From Bacteroidota bacterium (GTDB lineage: Bacteria; Bacteroidota; Bacteroidia; AKYH767-A; 2013-40CM-41-45): a DNA stretch of 64,000 bases. The notes under the pieces were generated by a model that saw only the letters and a list, made by a program, of their open reading frames with translations, was not told where the DNA came from and did not search any database. The position numbers were made by a program, and so were the translations under genes. The stretch covers positions 176,147-240,146 of the forward strand of contig JADJFC010000001.1 of assembly GCA_016708785.1 (NCBI GenBank), read 5' to 3'. Shown piece after piece: positions 1 to 9,016 of the stretch (positions are counted from its first letter, which is position 1; each line of letters begins with the position of its first letter).

Positions 1-84
1 GCTTAAATTACACAGTTTGATTTTTATCTGACAGTAATGCCCTTGACCTTTGATCTAAATTATGTTAGACCAATCAATCCACTA

Positions 85-121
85 CAAACAAAAAAGCCCG
101 CAACTCGAAAGTCGCGGGCTC
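85..121 (-). terminator. Rho-independent terminator downstream of the PKD/T9SS gene
   Basis: Stem AGCCCGC (95-101) / GCGGGCT (114-120). On the minus strand it is followed by a T-run (complement of the A-run 89-95). It lies about 20 nt past the stop at 142. Confidence 0.6.
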
Positions 122-141
122 GGATTAGGGAAAACAACGAA

Positions 142-2268
142 TTATTTTTGAAGGGCTACTTTTTTAGAAACCTGCATTCCGTTTACATTCAATTTCAGGA
201 TATAGAAACCGGATGCTAGATCATCAGTATTGATCGATTCACGATATGTTCCTGCACTTAGTTTTTCTTCTTTTGTACTTGATACAACATTTCCTGCCAA
301 TCCAATCAGTTGAATAGACACCACTGCATTTTTCTCCAGAGTAAATTCTGCATTCAATGTAGTTGAGAATGGATTTGGATATGCGTTAAGTTGAATGTTT
401 GATAATTCAAGGTCTGCAATGCCGTTAGATAATCTGTAAGCAACTACTGTGTCACAAACACATGTTGTATCGCCTAATGCATCAATTACACAAACACAAA
501 CATTATATGATCCCGGCGTTGCGTATACATATGTAACGTTCGAACCTGAGATGGTTTGCGGTGTGCTACCGTCACCATAATCAATTGTGATAGATGCTGG
601 AGCGCCACAAGGAGTGATCACTGTAAAATTCATTGGAGTTCCTGCCGGATTAGATGAGTCAGGCAAAGCCACAAACACAGGATCACATGCATTTGCTGCT
701 GAAATAGAATTGCAATATGTATCCGTACAACCTGTTGTTGAATCTGTCAAGGTCAAACACACAGTATGTGGACCCGGTTGATTATACAGATGCACAGGAT
801 TCGCATCCGTACTTGATGTTCCATCACCAAAGCTCCAGAAATAATTTGAAGCAGCAGTTGATTGATTTGTGAAAGTGTACGTTGTACCTGTTGAATCAAC
901 ACTGAAAGTATACAATGCTGCACAAGCAGAACTACTACCTGCCGTAAATGTTGCACAAGTAGAATCTGCACATGAAGAATCTTGAATTGCTGCACAAACA
1001 ACGTAAGTTCCAGCCGAAGCAAATTGATGTGTTACACTCGACATACCTACTCCATTTGCATAAGTACCGTCACCGAAGCTCCAGAAGTATTGAGCATTTG
1101 CATTATTTGTTGTACAATAGAATGCTCCAACATTTGACGTTGAAATTGTTCCTGAAAACGCTGCACTGCAATTTTGAAGTCCTGCATAATAAACACTATC
1201 ACAATATGTGTCAGTACATCCGAATGCTGTTGTAATAGTTAAGCAAACATTGTATGAACCAATTCCAGTGTAATTATGGTTTGGATTTTGTATCACTGAA
1301 TTTGTTCCATCACCGAAATCCCACTCCCAACGAATAATTGAATCATTGGTAACTGATAAGTCTGTAAAGTCAATTGCATTTGTTGCAGGATTCAATGACG
1401 CCACAAAATTTGCAGTACAGCTATTCGCTCCACCTGCACTAACAAATTGACAATTTGTACTAGAACATCCTGAAGAAGTTTGAATGCTTAAACAAACATA
1501 ATATACTCCCGGTGCGCCATAAGCGTAAGTCGGATTCTGAAGAGAAGAGAAGCCTAATGAATCACCGAAATCCCAACTGTATGAAACAATTGTTGCACCG
1601 CTATCTGCTGTCGAATTGTCGATAAAATCAACCATCGTTGTTCCAAGAATTGGCGTACTACTAAAATTTGCAAAACATTGCGTACCGCCATTCTGAATTG
1701 CAATTGTCGAACAATAAGTATCTGTACAAGCACTTGCAGAAGTAATCGTTAAGCAAACAGTATATGTTCCGTTTGCTGAATAAACATGGACAGGGTTCGG
1801 ACCACTTTGTGTTGTGCCATCGCCAAAATCCCAGTCATACGACATAATTGAATCTGCCGAGTAGCTGTTATCTGTAAAGAAAACACCGCCTGGTGCAATT
1901 GCACTAGTAAAAGAAGCCGCGCATAGTGGTACTCCACCTTGTCTGGTCAAAACAGAATCGCAATGCGTCGAAGTGCAACTGTCAGAGAAAGTGATAGTGA
2001 AACACACAGGAGCATAACCGGTAAAATTATAAGTGTGCGTTGGTTGCTGGTTGACAGCCGATGTTCCATCTCCAAAAGTCCATAACATACTTACGACATT
2101 TGCCGAAGAAGTCCAGGTTGGATGAAATTCCAAAATTGTTCCTGTTGAATCATACGTTACCGTATAATTCGCTGAACATTGCGCTTTCGACGAAACTTGT
2201 CCGCCAAGAACGAAGAGCATTAACATGAATGCCAATCGTTTCAAATTGAGTAATTTTTCTTTTTTCAT
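142..2268 (-). CDS. Secreted multi-PKD-domain protein with T9SS C-terminal sorting domain
   Basis: 708-aa ORF with a signal peptide (MKKEKLLNLKRLAFMLMLFVLGG..KAQ). Seven ~85-aa repeats each carry a W/Y-x-(F/Y)GDG(T/S) PKD-type signature. The C-terminal ~80 aa (YPNPFSTTLNAEF...GFYILKLNVNGMQVSKKVALQK) resembles a Por/T9SS CTD. Confidence 0.85.
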   Translation of the reverse strand: MKKEKLLNLKRLAFMLMLFVLGGQVSSKAQCSANYTVTYDSTGTILEFHPTWTSSANVVSMLWTFGDGTSAVNQQPTHTYNFTGYAPVCFTITFSDSCTSTHCDSVLTRQGGVPLCAASFTSAIAPGGVFFTDNSYSADSIMSYDWDFGDGTTQSGPNPVHVYSANGTYTVCLTITSASACTDTYCSTIAIQNGGTQCFANFSSTPILGTTMVDFIDNSTADSGATIVSYSWDFGDSLGFSSLQNPTYAYGAPGVYYVCLSIQTSSGCSSTNCQFVSAGGANSCTANFVASLNPATNAIDFTDLSVTNDSIIRWEWDFGDGTNSVIQNPNHNYTGIGSYNVCLTITTAFGCTDTYCDSVYYAGLQNCSAAFSGTISTSNVGAFYCTTNNANAQYFWSFGDGTYANGVGMSSVTHQFASAGTYVVCAAIQDSSCADSTCATFTAGSSSACAALYTFSVDSTGTTYTFTNQSTAASNYFWSFGDGTSSTDANPVHLYNQPGPHTVCLTLTDSTTGCTDTYCNSISAANACDPVFVALPDSSNPAGTPMNFTVITPCGAPASITIDYGDGSTPQTISGSNVTYVYATPGSYNVCVCVIDALGDTTCVCDTVVAYRLSNGIADLELSNIQLNAYPNPFSTTLNAEFTLEKNAVVSIQLIGLAGNVVSSTKEEKLSAGTYRESINTDDLASGFYILKLNVNGMQVSKKVALQK

Positions 2269-2324
2269 AATAGATAAATTAAGGGTTAGGGAAATAATTA
2301 TTTGTATCCGTTGAATTCCTTGAA

Positions 2325-2332
2325 CAAATGTA
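2325..2332 (-). promoter_or_regulatory. Candidate Bacteroidota -7 box (TACATTTG on minus strand) for the PKD gene
   Basis: Plus-strand CAAATGTA matches the complement of TAnnTTTG, 57 nt upstream of the ATG at 2268. Confidence 0.3.
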
Positions 2333-2523
2333 TAGGACTTATAGTAGTCTGAAAATCAAATTCACACAAATATTACCCATTCAAAAAGCTGCATTTCGCA
2401 CATAATCGCCATATAACGTCATTTTTTAAGCAATTTAACCCTATTTTACTAAATTTCACCAATAACTCAAACCTATTCAAATAATAAAATACCCCAAAGA
2501 ATTCTGCGTTTGAAATCTAAATT

Positions 2524-2531
2524 TATCTTTG
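2524..2531 (+). promoter_or_regulatory. Candidate -7 box TATCTTTG, 7 nt upstream of the ATG at 2539
   Basis: Exact TAnnTTTG match. The same octamer precedes rpoD at 32711. The spacing implies a leaderless or near-leaderless mRNA. Confidence 0.35.
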
Positions 2532-2538
2532 CCGACAT

Positions 2539-3993
2539 ATGCTGAAATCTGCACTCTACCTGTTCTTCTTCCTGGCGCTTACGACCACTCTGCTTTTCTC
2601 TTGCAAGAAAGAAGAATTTGAAACTTCAAGTGGAGTTCAACTTACCTTTTCACAAGACACTGTGATGTTTGACACTGTGTTCACAACGGTTGGAAGTTCA
2701 ACAGAAGTCTTTACTGTTTACAATACGGAAAGTAAATCAATCTCCATCTCCTCTATTCGTCTGGCTCTTGGCGAACCTTCTAACTTCAGATTAAATGTCG
2801 ATGGAATGCCGGGAAAATCATTTTCAAATGTCGAGATCGGTCCAAATGATAGCATCTTTATTTTTGTCGAAGTAACTGTCGATCCAAATAATCTGACAAC
2901 GCCGATGATCGTTGCTGATTCAATTATTTTTGAAACGAATGGAAATGTTCAGGATATAGATCTTGTTGCTTTTGGACAAGATGCATATTTTCATCGGCCG
3001 GATCCTAATTCCTCTTCGTTTCCATTCTTTACACTGGGCTGCAATGACGTTTGGAACAATGACAAACCACACGTTATCTACGGTTATGCAATTGTCGATT
3101 CTCTTTGTACACTTACGATCAACCAAGGCACAAAAGTTCACCTTCATCCCGGTTCTGCTTTGATCGTATATTCTTCAGCAAGTTTGTTTATCAATGGAAC
3201 ACAACAAGACAAAGTAATAATACAAGGCGACAGATTAGATCCTGATTATGCAGATGTTCCCGGACAATGGGACAAAATATGGATCTATCCGGGTTCAAGA
3301 AATTCTTATATCCGAAATGCAATTATTAAGAATGGGAATATTGGCTTACAAGTCGACACGGTAGCCGGTCCGGGAGATTCAACACTTTACCTCGAGAATA
3401 CAATCGTAAAAACAATGACAGCAAATGCTCTTCTTCTACGCGGTAGTACTGTCTCTGCATACAATTGCGTCTTTGCAAATTGCGGAAGTTCTGTTGTAAG
3501 TATTCTCTATGGAGGAAATTACAAATTCTTCAATAGTACATTCGCAAATTTCTGGCAAAACGGAACAAGACAAGATCCAATTCTATTTATGAATAATTAT
3601 TATTTGAATGGTGTTCGTCAACTGGAATCGTATTTTGGAAATTGTTTGATCTACGGTAACAACGATCAGGAAATTGGAATTGACTCCTTTCCTCTAAGCA
3701 ACAAACTCAATTTTTACTTTGATCATGCATTACTGAAAGTTGAAAGTACATTCTCTACTTCTACTCCATTTCACTACAATGCAATTGTCCGTTCAACATC
3801 GAATTCAAACAGTCCGGGTTTTGCTGATCCTGCTAATAACAATTACAAACTTGACTCACTCAACAGTTCTGCAATTGACTATGGCAGCATGTCCGTATTG
3901 AATGCCTTCCCGGCTGTATTAAATACCGATATCGACGGAATCACTCGTCCGCAACGGGCTCAACCTGATCTGGGTGCTTACGAAAGACAATAG
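2539..3993 (+). CDS. Lipoprotein, probable right-handed parallel beta-helix repeat protein
   Basis: 484 aa with a lipobox-like LLFSC. It has repeated short beta-helix-like segments (IRNAIIKNGNIGLQV, LENTIVKTMTANALLL, AYNCVFANCGSSVV). The C-terminal PDLGAYE motif is common in this family. Confidence 0.55.
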   Translation: MLKSALYLFFFLALTTTLLFSCKKEEFETSSGVQLTFSQDTVMFDTVFTTVGSSTEVFTVYNTESKSISISSIRLALGEPSNFRLNVDGMPGKSFSNVEIGPNDSIFIFVEVTVDPNNLTTPMIVADSIIFETNGNVQDIDLVAFGQDAYFHRPDPNSSSFPFFTLGCNDVWNNDKPHVIYGYAIVDSLCTLTINQGTKVHLHPGSALIVYSSASLFINGTQQDKVIIQGDRLDPDYADVPGQWDKIWIYPGSRNSYIRNAIIKNGNIGLQVDTVAGPGDSTLYLENTIVKTMTANALLLRGSTVSAYNCVFANCGSSVVSILYGGNYKFFNSTFANFWQNGTRQDPILFMNNYYLNGVRQLESYFGNCLIYGNNDQEIGIDSFPLSNKLNFYFDHALLKVESTFSTSTPFHYNAIVRSTSNSNSPGFADPANNNYKLDSLNSSAIDYGSMSVLNAFPAVLNTDIDGITRPQRAQPDLGAYERQ

Positions 3994-3997
3994 AACG

Positions 3998-4573
3998 ATG
4001 TCTTTACTATTTTCAACAGCTTATTTACCGCCGGCATCTTATATTCTTCAAGCCATAAAAGCAGGATCGATCACGATCGAAGCGCATGAACATTTCGTTA
4101 AACAATCGTACAGGAGTCGTTGTTCGATCTATGGACCAAATGGAAAACAGGACTTGATCATTCCCATCGTTCACGAAAAACTTTATGAGGTCCCGATCAA
4201 GGAAGTTAAAATCGCCAACGATTCCCGTTGGCAGAAAATTCATTGGCGATCCATAGAAGCAGCATATAAAAATTCACCCTACTTCGAATTCTACGAAGAC
4301 TCCTTCCGACCCTATTACGAAAAAAAATATGATTTCCTTTTTGATTTCAATCTCGAATTGATTCACGAACTTTTCAAAGCCAAAAGAGCTAAAGTGGAAA
4401 TTAATTTTACAGATAAATACGAATCCACAAATGATTCATTCGTAGATCTAAGAAACCATTTTCTCCCCAAGAAAAAGTTCGAAACTCCCGAAAAATATCA
4501 CCAAGTCTTTTCCGACAAGCATGGATTTATTGAACGGTTGTCGTTTGTTGACCTGCTTTTTAATAAGGGATAA
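3998..4573 (+). CDS. WbqC family protein
   Basis: The N-terminus MSLLFSTAYLPPASYILQAIKAG..IEAHEHFVKQSYRSRCSIYGPNG is typical of WbqC-like proteins. I chose the ATG at 3998 (4 nt after the upstream stop) over the GTG at 3974 given in the ORF track. Confidence 0.75.
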   Translation: MSLLFSTAYLPPASYILQAIKAGSITIEAHEHFVKQSYRSRCSIYGPNGKQDLIIPIVHEKLYEVPIKEVKIANDSRWQKIHWRSIEAAYKNSPYFEFYEDSFRPYYEKKYDFLFDFNLELIHELFKAKRAKVEINFTDKYESTNDSFVDLRNHFLPKKKFETPEKYHQVFSDKHGFIERLSFVDLLFNKG

Positions 4574-4578
4574 AAGGA

Positions 4579-4617
4579 GTTTGTTAGGTTTGCAGGTTAC
4601 AAGTTTGCAGGTTTACA
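4579..4617. repeat. Tandem 15-nt word repeat GTTTGCAGGTT(T)ACA x2 plus a degenerate unit
   Basis: gtttgttag / gtttgcaggttacaa / gtttgcaggtttaca, starting 6 nt after the WbqC stop. Confidence 0.8.
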
Positions 4618-4696
4618 TCATTGATCCGACAGCAGTATCGCCCTCAATCCGAAATCCCCATTACGCCGTGCGCTCAGCGAAATCCGGAATTCATTT

Positions 4697-4816
4697 TTCA
4701 CTTCACTTCACTTCACTTCACTCCACTTCACTCCACTTCACTTCATTTCATTTCACTTCACTTCACTTCACTTCATTTCACTTCATTTCACTTCACTTCA
4801 CTTCACTTCACTCAAC
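4697..4816. repeat. Pentanucleotide array (TTCAC)24, which reads (GTGAA)24 on the pfkA coding strand
   Basis: 24 consecutive 5-nt units, with variants TCCAC x2, TTCAT x4 and a terminal TCAAC. The array ends 1 nt before the pfkA stop codon (4818-4820). Confidence 0.95.
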
Positions 4817-4817
4817 A

Positions 4818-5807
4818 TTAAAGCGACAAGATCTCCGCAATCTTCAAAAGTTGATACGGAAACTCTTTTTTTCCCTTCACCACATCTGAGTAAGATGTAT
4901 GACTGATCTCATTATTGATCACTCCCACCATTTCATTCGTCCGGCCTTCGATTAATGCTTGAACTGCTGCAACACCTAATCGACTTGCAAGCACTCGATC
5001 GTTGCACGTTGGACTACCACCTCTTTGCATGTGACCAAGTACACTCACACGTGTATCATACTGATTAAATCGAGCTTTCACTTCGAGAGCAATTTCATAA
5101 GCACCACCGGCAACGTCGCCTTCTGCTACAATAACGATCATTGACGACTTTTTACGCTCCCATCCACGATCGAGGATCTTAACGATCTGTTCGATCTTTG
5201 TTTCTGTTTCCGGAATAAGCACTGCTTCTGCTCCACTCGCTATTCCACTGTAGATGGCAATCATTCCTGCATCTCTTCCCATTACTTCAACAAAGAACAA
5301 TCGATTGTGTGAATCAGCAGTATCTCTGATCTTATCTATCACCTGAATCACTGTATTCAATGCAGTATCAAAACCAATGGCATAATCAGTTCCGAAAATA
5401 TCATTATCGATCGTCTTTGGAACTCCTACTGATGTGATCGGAAATTCTCTGCTGAATTGTTCAATACCTTTAAAAGATCCATCGCCTCCAATCACTACCA
5501 AAGCTTCAATCCCTTCTTTCACTAAATTGTCGTATGCTTTTTTTCTGCCTTCTACCGTTTTGAATGCTTCACTTCGGGCTGTCTTTAAAATCGTTCCGCC
5601 ACGTTGCAATATATTACTTACACTATGGGATCCAAGTCTAACAAACTCTCCTTTAATCATTCCTTCATAACCCTGGAGAATGCCTGTAACTTCCATCCCA
5701 TGATAAATGCCGGTTCTGACTACTGCACGAATTGCTGCATTCAAACCGGGACAATCACCACCTGTTGTAACTACACCGATCTTTTTAAACTTCTTCGTTG
5801 TTCCCAT
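4818..5807 (-). CDS. pfkA: ATP-dependent 6-phosphofructokinase
   Basis: 329 aa with IGVVTTGGDCPGLNAAIRAVV, GGDGS, and the MGR/GHMQRGG motifs of PfkA. Confidence 0.95.
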   Translation of the reverse strand: MGTTKKFKKIGVVTTGGDCPGLNAAIRAVVRTGIYHGMEVTGILQGYEGMIKGEFVRLGSHSVSNILQRGGTILKTARSEAFKTVEGRKKAYDNLVKEGIEALVVIGGDGSFKGIEQFSREFPITSVGVPKTIDNDIFGTDYAIGFDTALNTVIQVIDKIRDTADSHNRLFFVEVMGRDAGMIAIYSGIASGAEAVLIPETETKIEQIVKILDRGWERKKSSMIVIVAEGDVAGGAYEIALEVKARFNQYDTRVSVLGHMQRGGSPTCNDRVLASRLGVAAVQALIEGRTNEMVGVINNEISHTSYSDVVKGKKEFPYQLLKIAEILSL

Positions 5808-6975
5808 CTTTTATTTTGTGAATCTTCTTTGTTCCTCTGTATAATTCATACTTCAACATTCTGCATTCCAATGCGCCATTGTATAACTGAATTTTCGCAG
5901 TAGCATGCAAACCTATATTCTTTGCTGCTTCTTTGTTGGCTGTTAAAATCCAGGCATTACTTCCTGAATATTTCAATTTCAACTGATCGCCAATATTCTT
6001 GTACAAATTGAAAAGATCATCATCGGTGATCCTGCCACCATATGGCGGATTTGTCACAATTGTTTGAACACTGTCTTTCGGAGTATAATCTTCAAATGGC
6101 ATTGCATGAAAATCAATGTCATTCTCTACGCCTGCTTCTTTTGCATTCTCTGTCGAATTCCTGATTGCCTGATGTGAACGATCAATTCCAGTGATCGAAA
6201 AATCAAGCGATGGCTTTTCATTTTGCTTCGCCTCATCCAATAACGATTTCCACAATTCGGCATCGTAATCATTCCAACGCTCAAAGCCAAATTCATTTCT
6301 GAAAATTCCGGGTGCAATATTTCTTGCCATCATTGCTGCTTCAATCACGATCGTTCCGCTTCCACACATGATGTCTGTAAAATTACTGGCACGATCCCAC
6401 TTGCTTAACATTATCATTCCGGCTGCCAATGTCTCATTTAAAGGAGCTTCGCCTTGCTGCGACCGATAACCGCGCTTGTGCAATGAGTCACCTGAACTGT
6501 CGAGTGATACGGATGCAATGTTCTGATGAATGTGGATATTAATTCTCACTTTCGGAAAACGAAGATCCACATTCGGACGAACTCCGGTTTTCTCTCTGAA
6601 CTGATCGACTATTGCATCTTTAGTCTTGAGAGAAATGTACAACGTATGCGTTAGTGTTGAATACGATGTCACAGCATCTACTGCAAGCGTATCATTCTCT
6701 GTCAAATATTCGCTCCAATCAATTTTTTTTATTTCATCATATAATTGCTGTTCATTCCCTGCCGGAAATGATTTTATCGGCTTAAGTATCCGCAATGCAA
6801 GACGACTATATAAATTCGCCCTATACATAGTTTCTAAATCGCCTTCGAAATGAACTATTCTTGTCCCTTTCTTCAAATTAATTGCACCAACTTTTCCTAG
6901 TTCTTCTACTAAAAGGTCTTCAAAACCAAAAGAGGTTTTTGCAGACATTGGAAATCTGTCTTTTTTATTTGTCAT
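5785..6975 (-). CDS. THUMP-domain class I SAM-dependent RNA methyltransferase (RlmL/UPF0020-like)
   Basis: 396 aa with the DIMCGSGT SAM motif and a TNPPYG catalytic motif. It overlaps the pfkA start by 23 nt. Confidence 0.85.
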   Translation of the reverse strand: MTNKKDRFPMSAKTSFGFEDLLVEELGKVGAINLKKGTRIVHFEGDLETMYRANLYSRLALRILKPIKSFPAGNEQQLYDEIKKIDWSEYLTENDTLAVDAVTSYSTLTHTLYISLKTKDAIVDQFREKTGVRPNVDLRFPKVRINIHIHQNIASVSLDSSGDSLHKRGYRSQQGEAPLNETLAAGMIMLSKWDRASNFTDIMCGSGTIVIEAAMMARNIAPGIFRNEFGFERWNDYDAELWKSLLDEAKQNEKPSLDFSITGIDRSHQAIRNSTENAKEAGVENDIDFHAMPFEDYTPKDSVQTIVTNPPYGGRITDDDLFNLYKNIGDQLKLKYSGSNAWILTANKEAAKNIGLHATAKIQLYNGALECRMLKYELYRGTKKIHKIKDGNNEEV

Positions 6976-6981
6976 TTTTAT

Positions 6982-8106
6982 TTATCCCTTTGTCAGCCAT
7001 CCTTTTTTGTAAAAGAAAATGATCTGACCAATTACTATTAACAACATTACTCCGCAAACAATAATATAGCCGTGTGGTGAGTACAATTCCGGCATATTCA
7101 ATGGAAAGAACTTACCCGTCTCGGGGTCTACTCTCGAAAAATTCATCCCATACAATCCAACAATAAATGTCAGTGGAATGAAGATCGTCGAAATGATCGT
7201 TAACACCTTCATCACTTGATTCAATTTAAAACTAACCGACGAATGGTAAACATCCATCAAAGACGCAGTGACCTCCTTATAACTTTCAATCAGATCGAGT
7301 AATTGAATACAATGATCGTATGAATCTCTAAAATAAACTTTCGTAGTATCTGCAATTTCTGTGAACGATGAACGGAGAATGTCATTCATTTTATCGCGTT
7401 CGCTCCAAATGGTTCGGCGCAATAAAATAAGATCACGCTTTGTTTCGAGTACTCTGTTCAACGATTCACGAGTTGGGTTGGTCAATAACTCATCCTGAAG
7501 TTCATCCAATCGATCACCTGTTCTTTCAAGGATTGGGTAAAAATTATCGATTGCCATATCCATCAATGAATATGCTAGATAATCTGAACCTGACTTTCGC
7601 ATATTTCCTTTCCCGTGACGAATCCTTTCTCTTACAGGTTCTAGGATATCGTCATACTTGTCTTGAATGGTAATAACATAATTTGACCCAAGGAAGATAC
7701 TTAATTGGTCATTTATCAAAACTCCCTGTTTCTCAGACACCATCCGTGAAACGAAAAATAAATGACCCTTGAATTCCTCTGCTTTCGGGCGCTGATATAC
7801 ATTCACGACATCTTCCATTTGCAACCTGTGAATGTTGAAGCAATCAGCCAGCTGCTCCAGAAAATTCTTATCTCCAAAACCTTTTATATCGAACCAATGG
7901 AAATTCAACGGATAAGTATCCAACTGACTTCTGATCTCAGCTACACCGGAAATTTCCTTTTCAAAATACTCATTTTGATTATAGCTAAATGACTTGATCT
8001 TTAGCTCCAGCGCATCTGATGGAATTACTATTGCACCAGGTGCTGTACCGGGCGGCGAATGACGGATCTTCTTTGAACGATGGACTCTGTGACTTGATTT
8101 TTTCAT
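6982..8106 (-). CDS. corA: Magnesium/cobalt transporter CorA
   Basis: 374 aa with the YGMNF signature between two C-terminal TM helices. Confidence 0.9.
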   Translation of the reverse strand: MKKSSHRVHRSKKIRHSPPGTAPGAIVIPSDALELKIKSFSYNQNEYFEKEISGVAEIRSQLDTYPLNFHWFDIKGFGDKNFLEQLADCFNIHRLQMEDVVNVYQRPKAEEFKGHLFFVSRMVSEKQGVLINDQLSIFLGSNYVITIQDKYDDILEPVRERIRHGKGNMRKSGSDYLAYSLMDMAIDNFYPILERTGDRLDELQDELLTNPTRESLNRVLETKRDLILLRRTIWSERDKMNDILRSSFTEIADTTKVYFRDSYDHCIQLLDLIESYKEVTASLMDVYHSSVSFKLNQVMKVLTIISTIFIPLTFIVGLYGMNFSRVDPETGKFFPLNMPELYSPHGYIIVCGVMLLIVIGQIIFFYKKGWLTKG

Positions 8107-8145
8107 TATAAATTTAAGCTCTTGCGATCGCTTAAAAGTAAAACT

Positions 8146-8153
8146 TAGTTTTG
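8146..8153 (+). promoter_or_regulatory. Candidate -7 box TAGTTTTG upstream of the methyltransferase gene
   Basis: TAnnTTTG match 77 nt upstream of the ATG at 8230. Confidence 0.25.
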
Positions 8154-8229
8154 GATAATTGAGCGAGTTGGCAAAGAGTTTTCAAATACTGATACCAATC
8201 AGAATTTTAGCTAAATTAGCCCTCAATTT

Positions 8230-9015
8230 ATGAGTAATAGCATCACCAAAGCCAAGCCTGTCGTCCATGAAACAGACGACAAAAAAGAATGGTTCGAAAC
8301 CTGGTTCGATTCACCGTATTATCATATTCTGTACAAAGATCGTGACCATAAAGAAGCTGAACTTTTTCTCGACCATTTGATCACTTTTCTTGCACCTAAA
8401 CCCAAATCCCGAATCCTGGATGTTGCTTGTGGTAAAGGCCGACATTCGATTTACCTCAATAAAAAAGGTTTCAAAGTTACCGGATACGACCTTTCTGAAG
8501 AAAGTATTTCATACGACAAGCAATTCGAAAATGACGGCCTCGAATTTTATCTGCATGATATGCGGGAAACTTTTCGTTCCAATTATTATGATTTCGTAAT
8601 TAATCTCTTCAGCAGTTTCGGATACTTTGAAAAGGAAAGAGACAATGTCAGATGTCTGATATCGCATGCGACTGCACTTAAACCCGATGGAATATTTGTT
8701 TTTGACTATTTCAATTGCAGCAAAATTGTTTTATCCGGTGAAATGCAAATGGAGAAAGAAATCGACGGAATTAAATTTCAAATAAAAAAATCGATCACCG
8801 GAAATATCGTCCATAAAATAATTGAATTCAGTGACAAAGGCGAAGATTATCACTTCGAAGAACGCGTAATGCTCTTGAACAAAGAAATACTTATGCGATT
8901 TTTCGATATCGCCGGACTGGAAATAATTCGCACATTCGGCAATTATGACTTGCAACCGTTTGAAGAGAATACATCAGAAAGATTAATTTTAATAGCTAAA
9001 AAATTATCGAAATAG
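8230..9015 (+). CDS. Class I SAM-dependent methyltransferase
   Basis: 261 aa with the ILDVACGKGRHS motif I. Confidence 0.85.
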   Translation: MSNSITKAKPVVHETDDKKEWFETWFDSPYYHILYKDRDHKEAELFLDHLITFLAPKPKSRILDVACGKGRHSIYLNKKGFKVTGYDLSEESISYDKQFENDGLEFYLHDMRETFRSNYYDFVINLFSSFGYFEKERDNVRCLISHATALKPDGIFVFDYFNCSKIVLSGEMQMEKEIDGIKFQIKKSITGNIVHKIIEFSDKGEDYHFEERVMLLNKEILMRFFDIAGLEIIRTFGNYDLQPFEENTSERLILIAKKLSK

Positions 9016-9016
9016 A

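Noticed and set aside
4697-4816. Possible CRISPR array (also considered for 11325-11452, 10247-10292 and 46325-46395)
   Set aside because: The repeat periods are 5-10 nt with no unique spacers of about 30 nt, and there are no cas genes in the window. These are micro- or minisatellite-type word repeats, not CRISPR.
4521-4889. ORFs 4521-4889 and 4621-4821 (FTSLHFTSLHF... proteins)
   Set aside because: They are translations of the (TTCAC)n pentamer array. The periodic low-complexity peptide, the overlap with the pfkA 3' end and the lack of start context show they are not genes.
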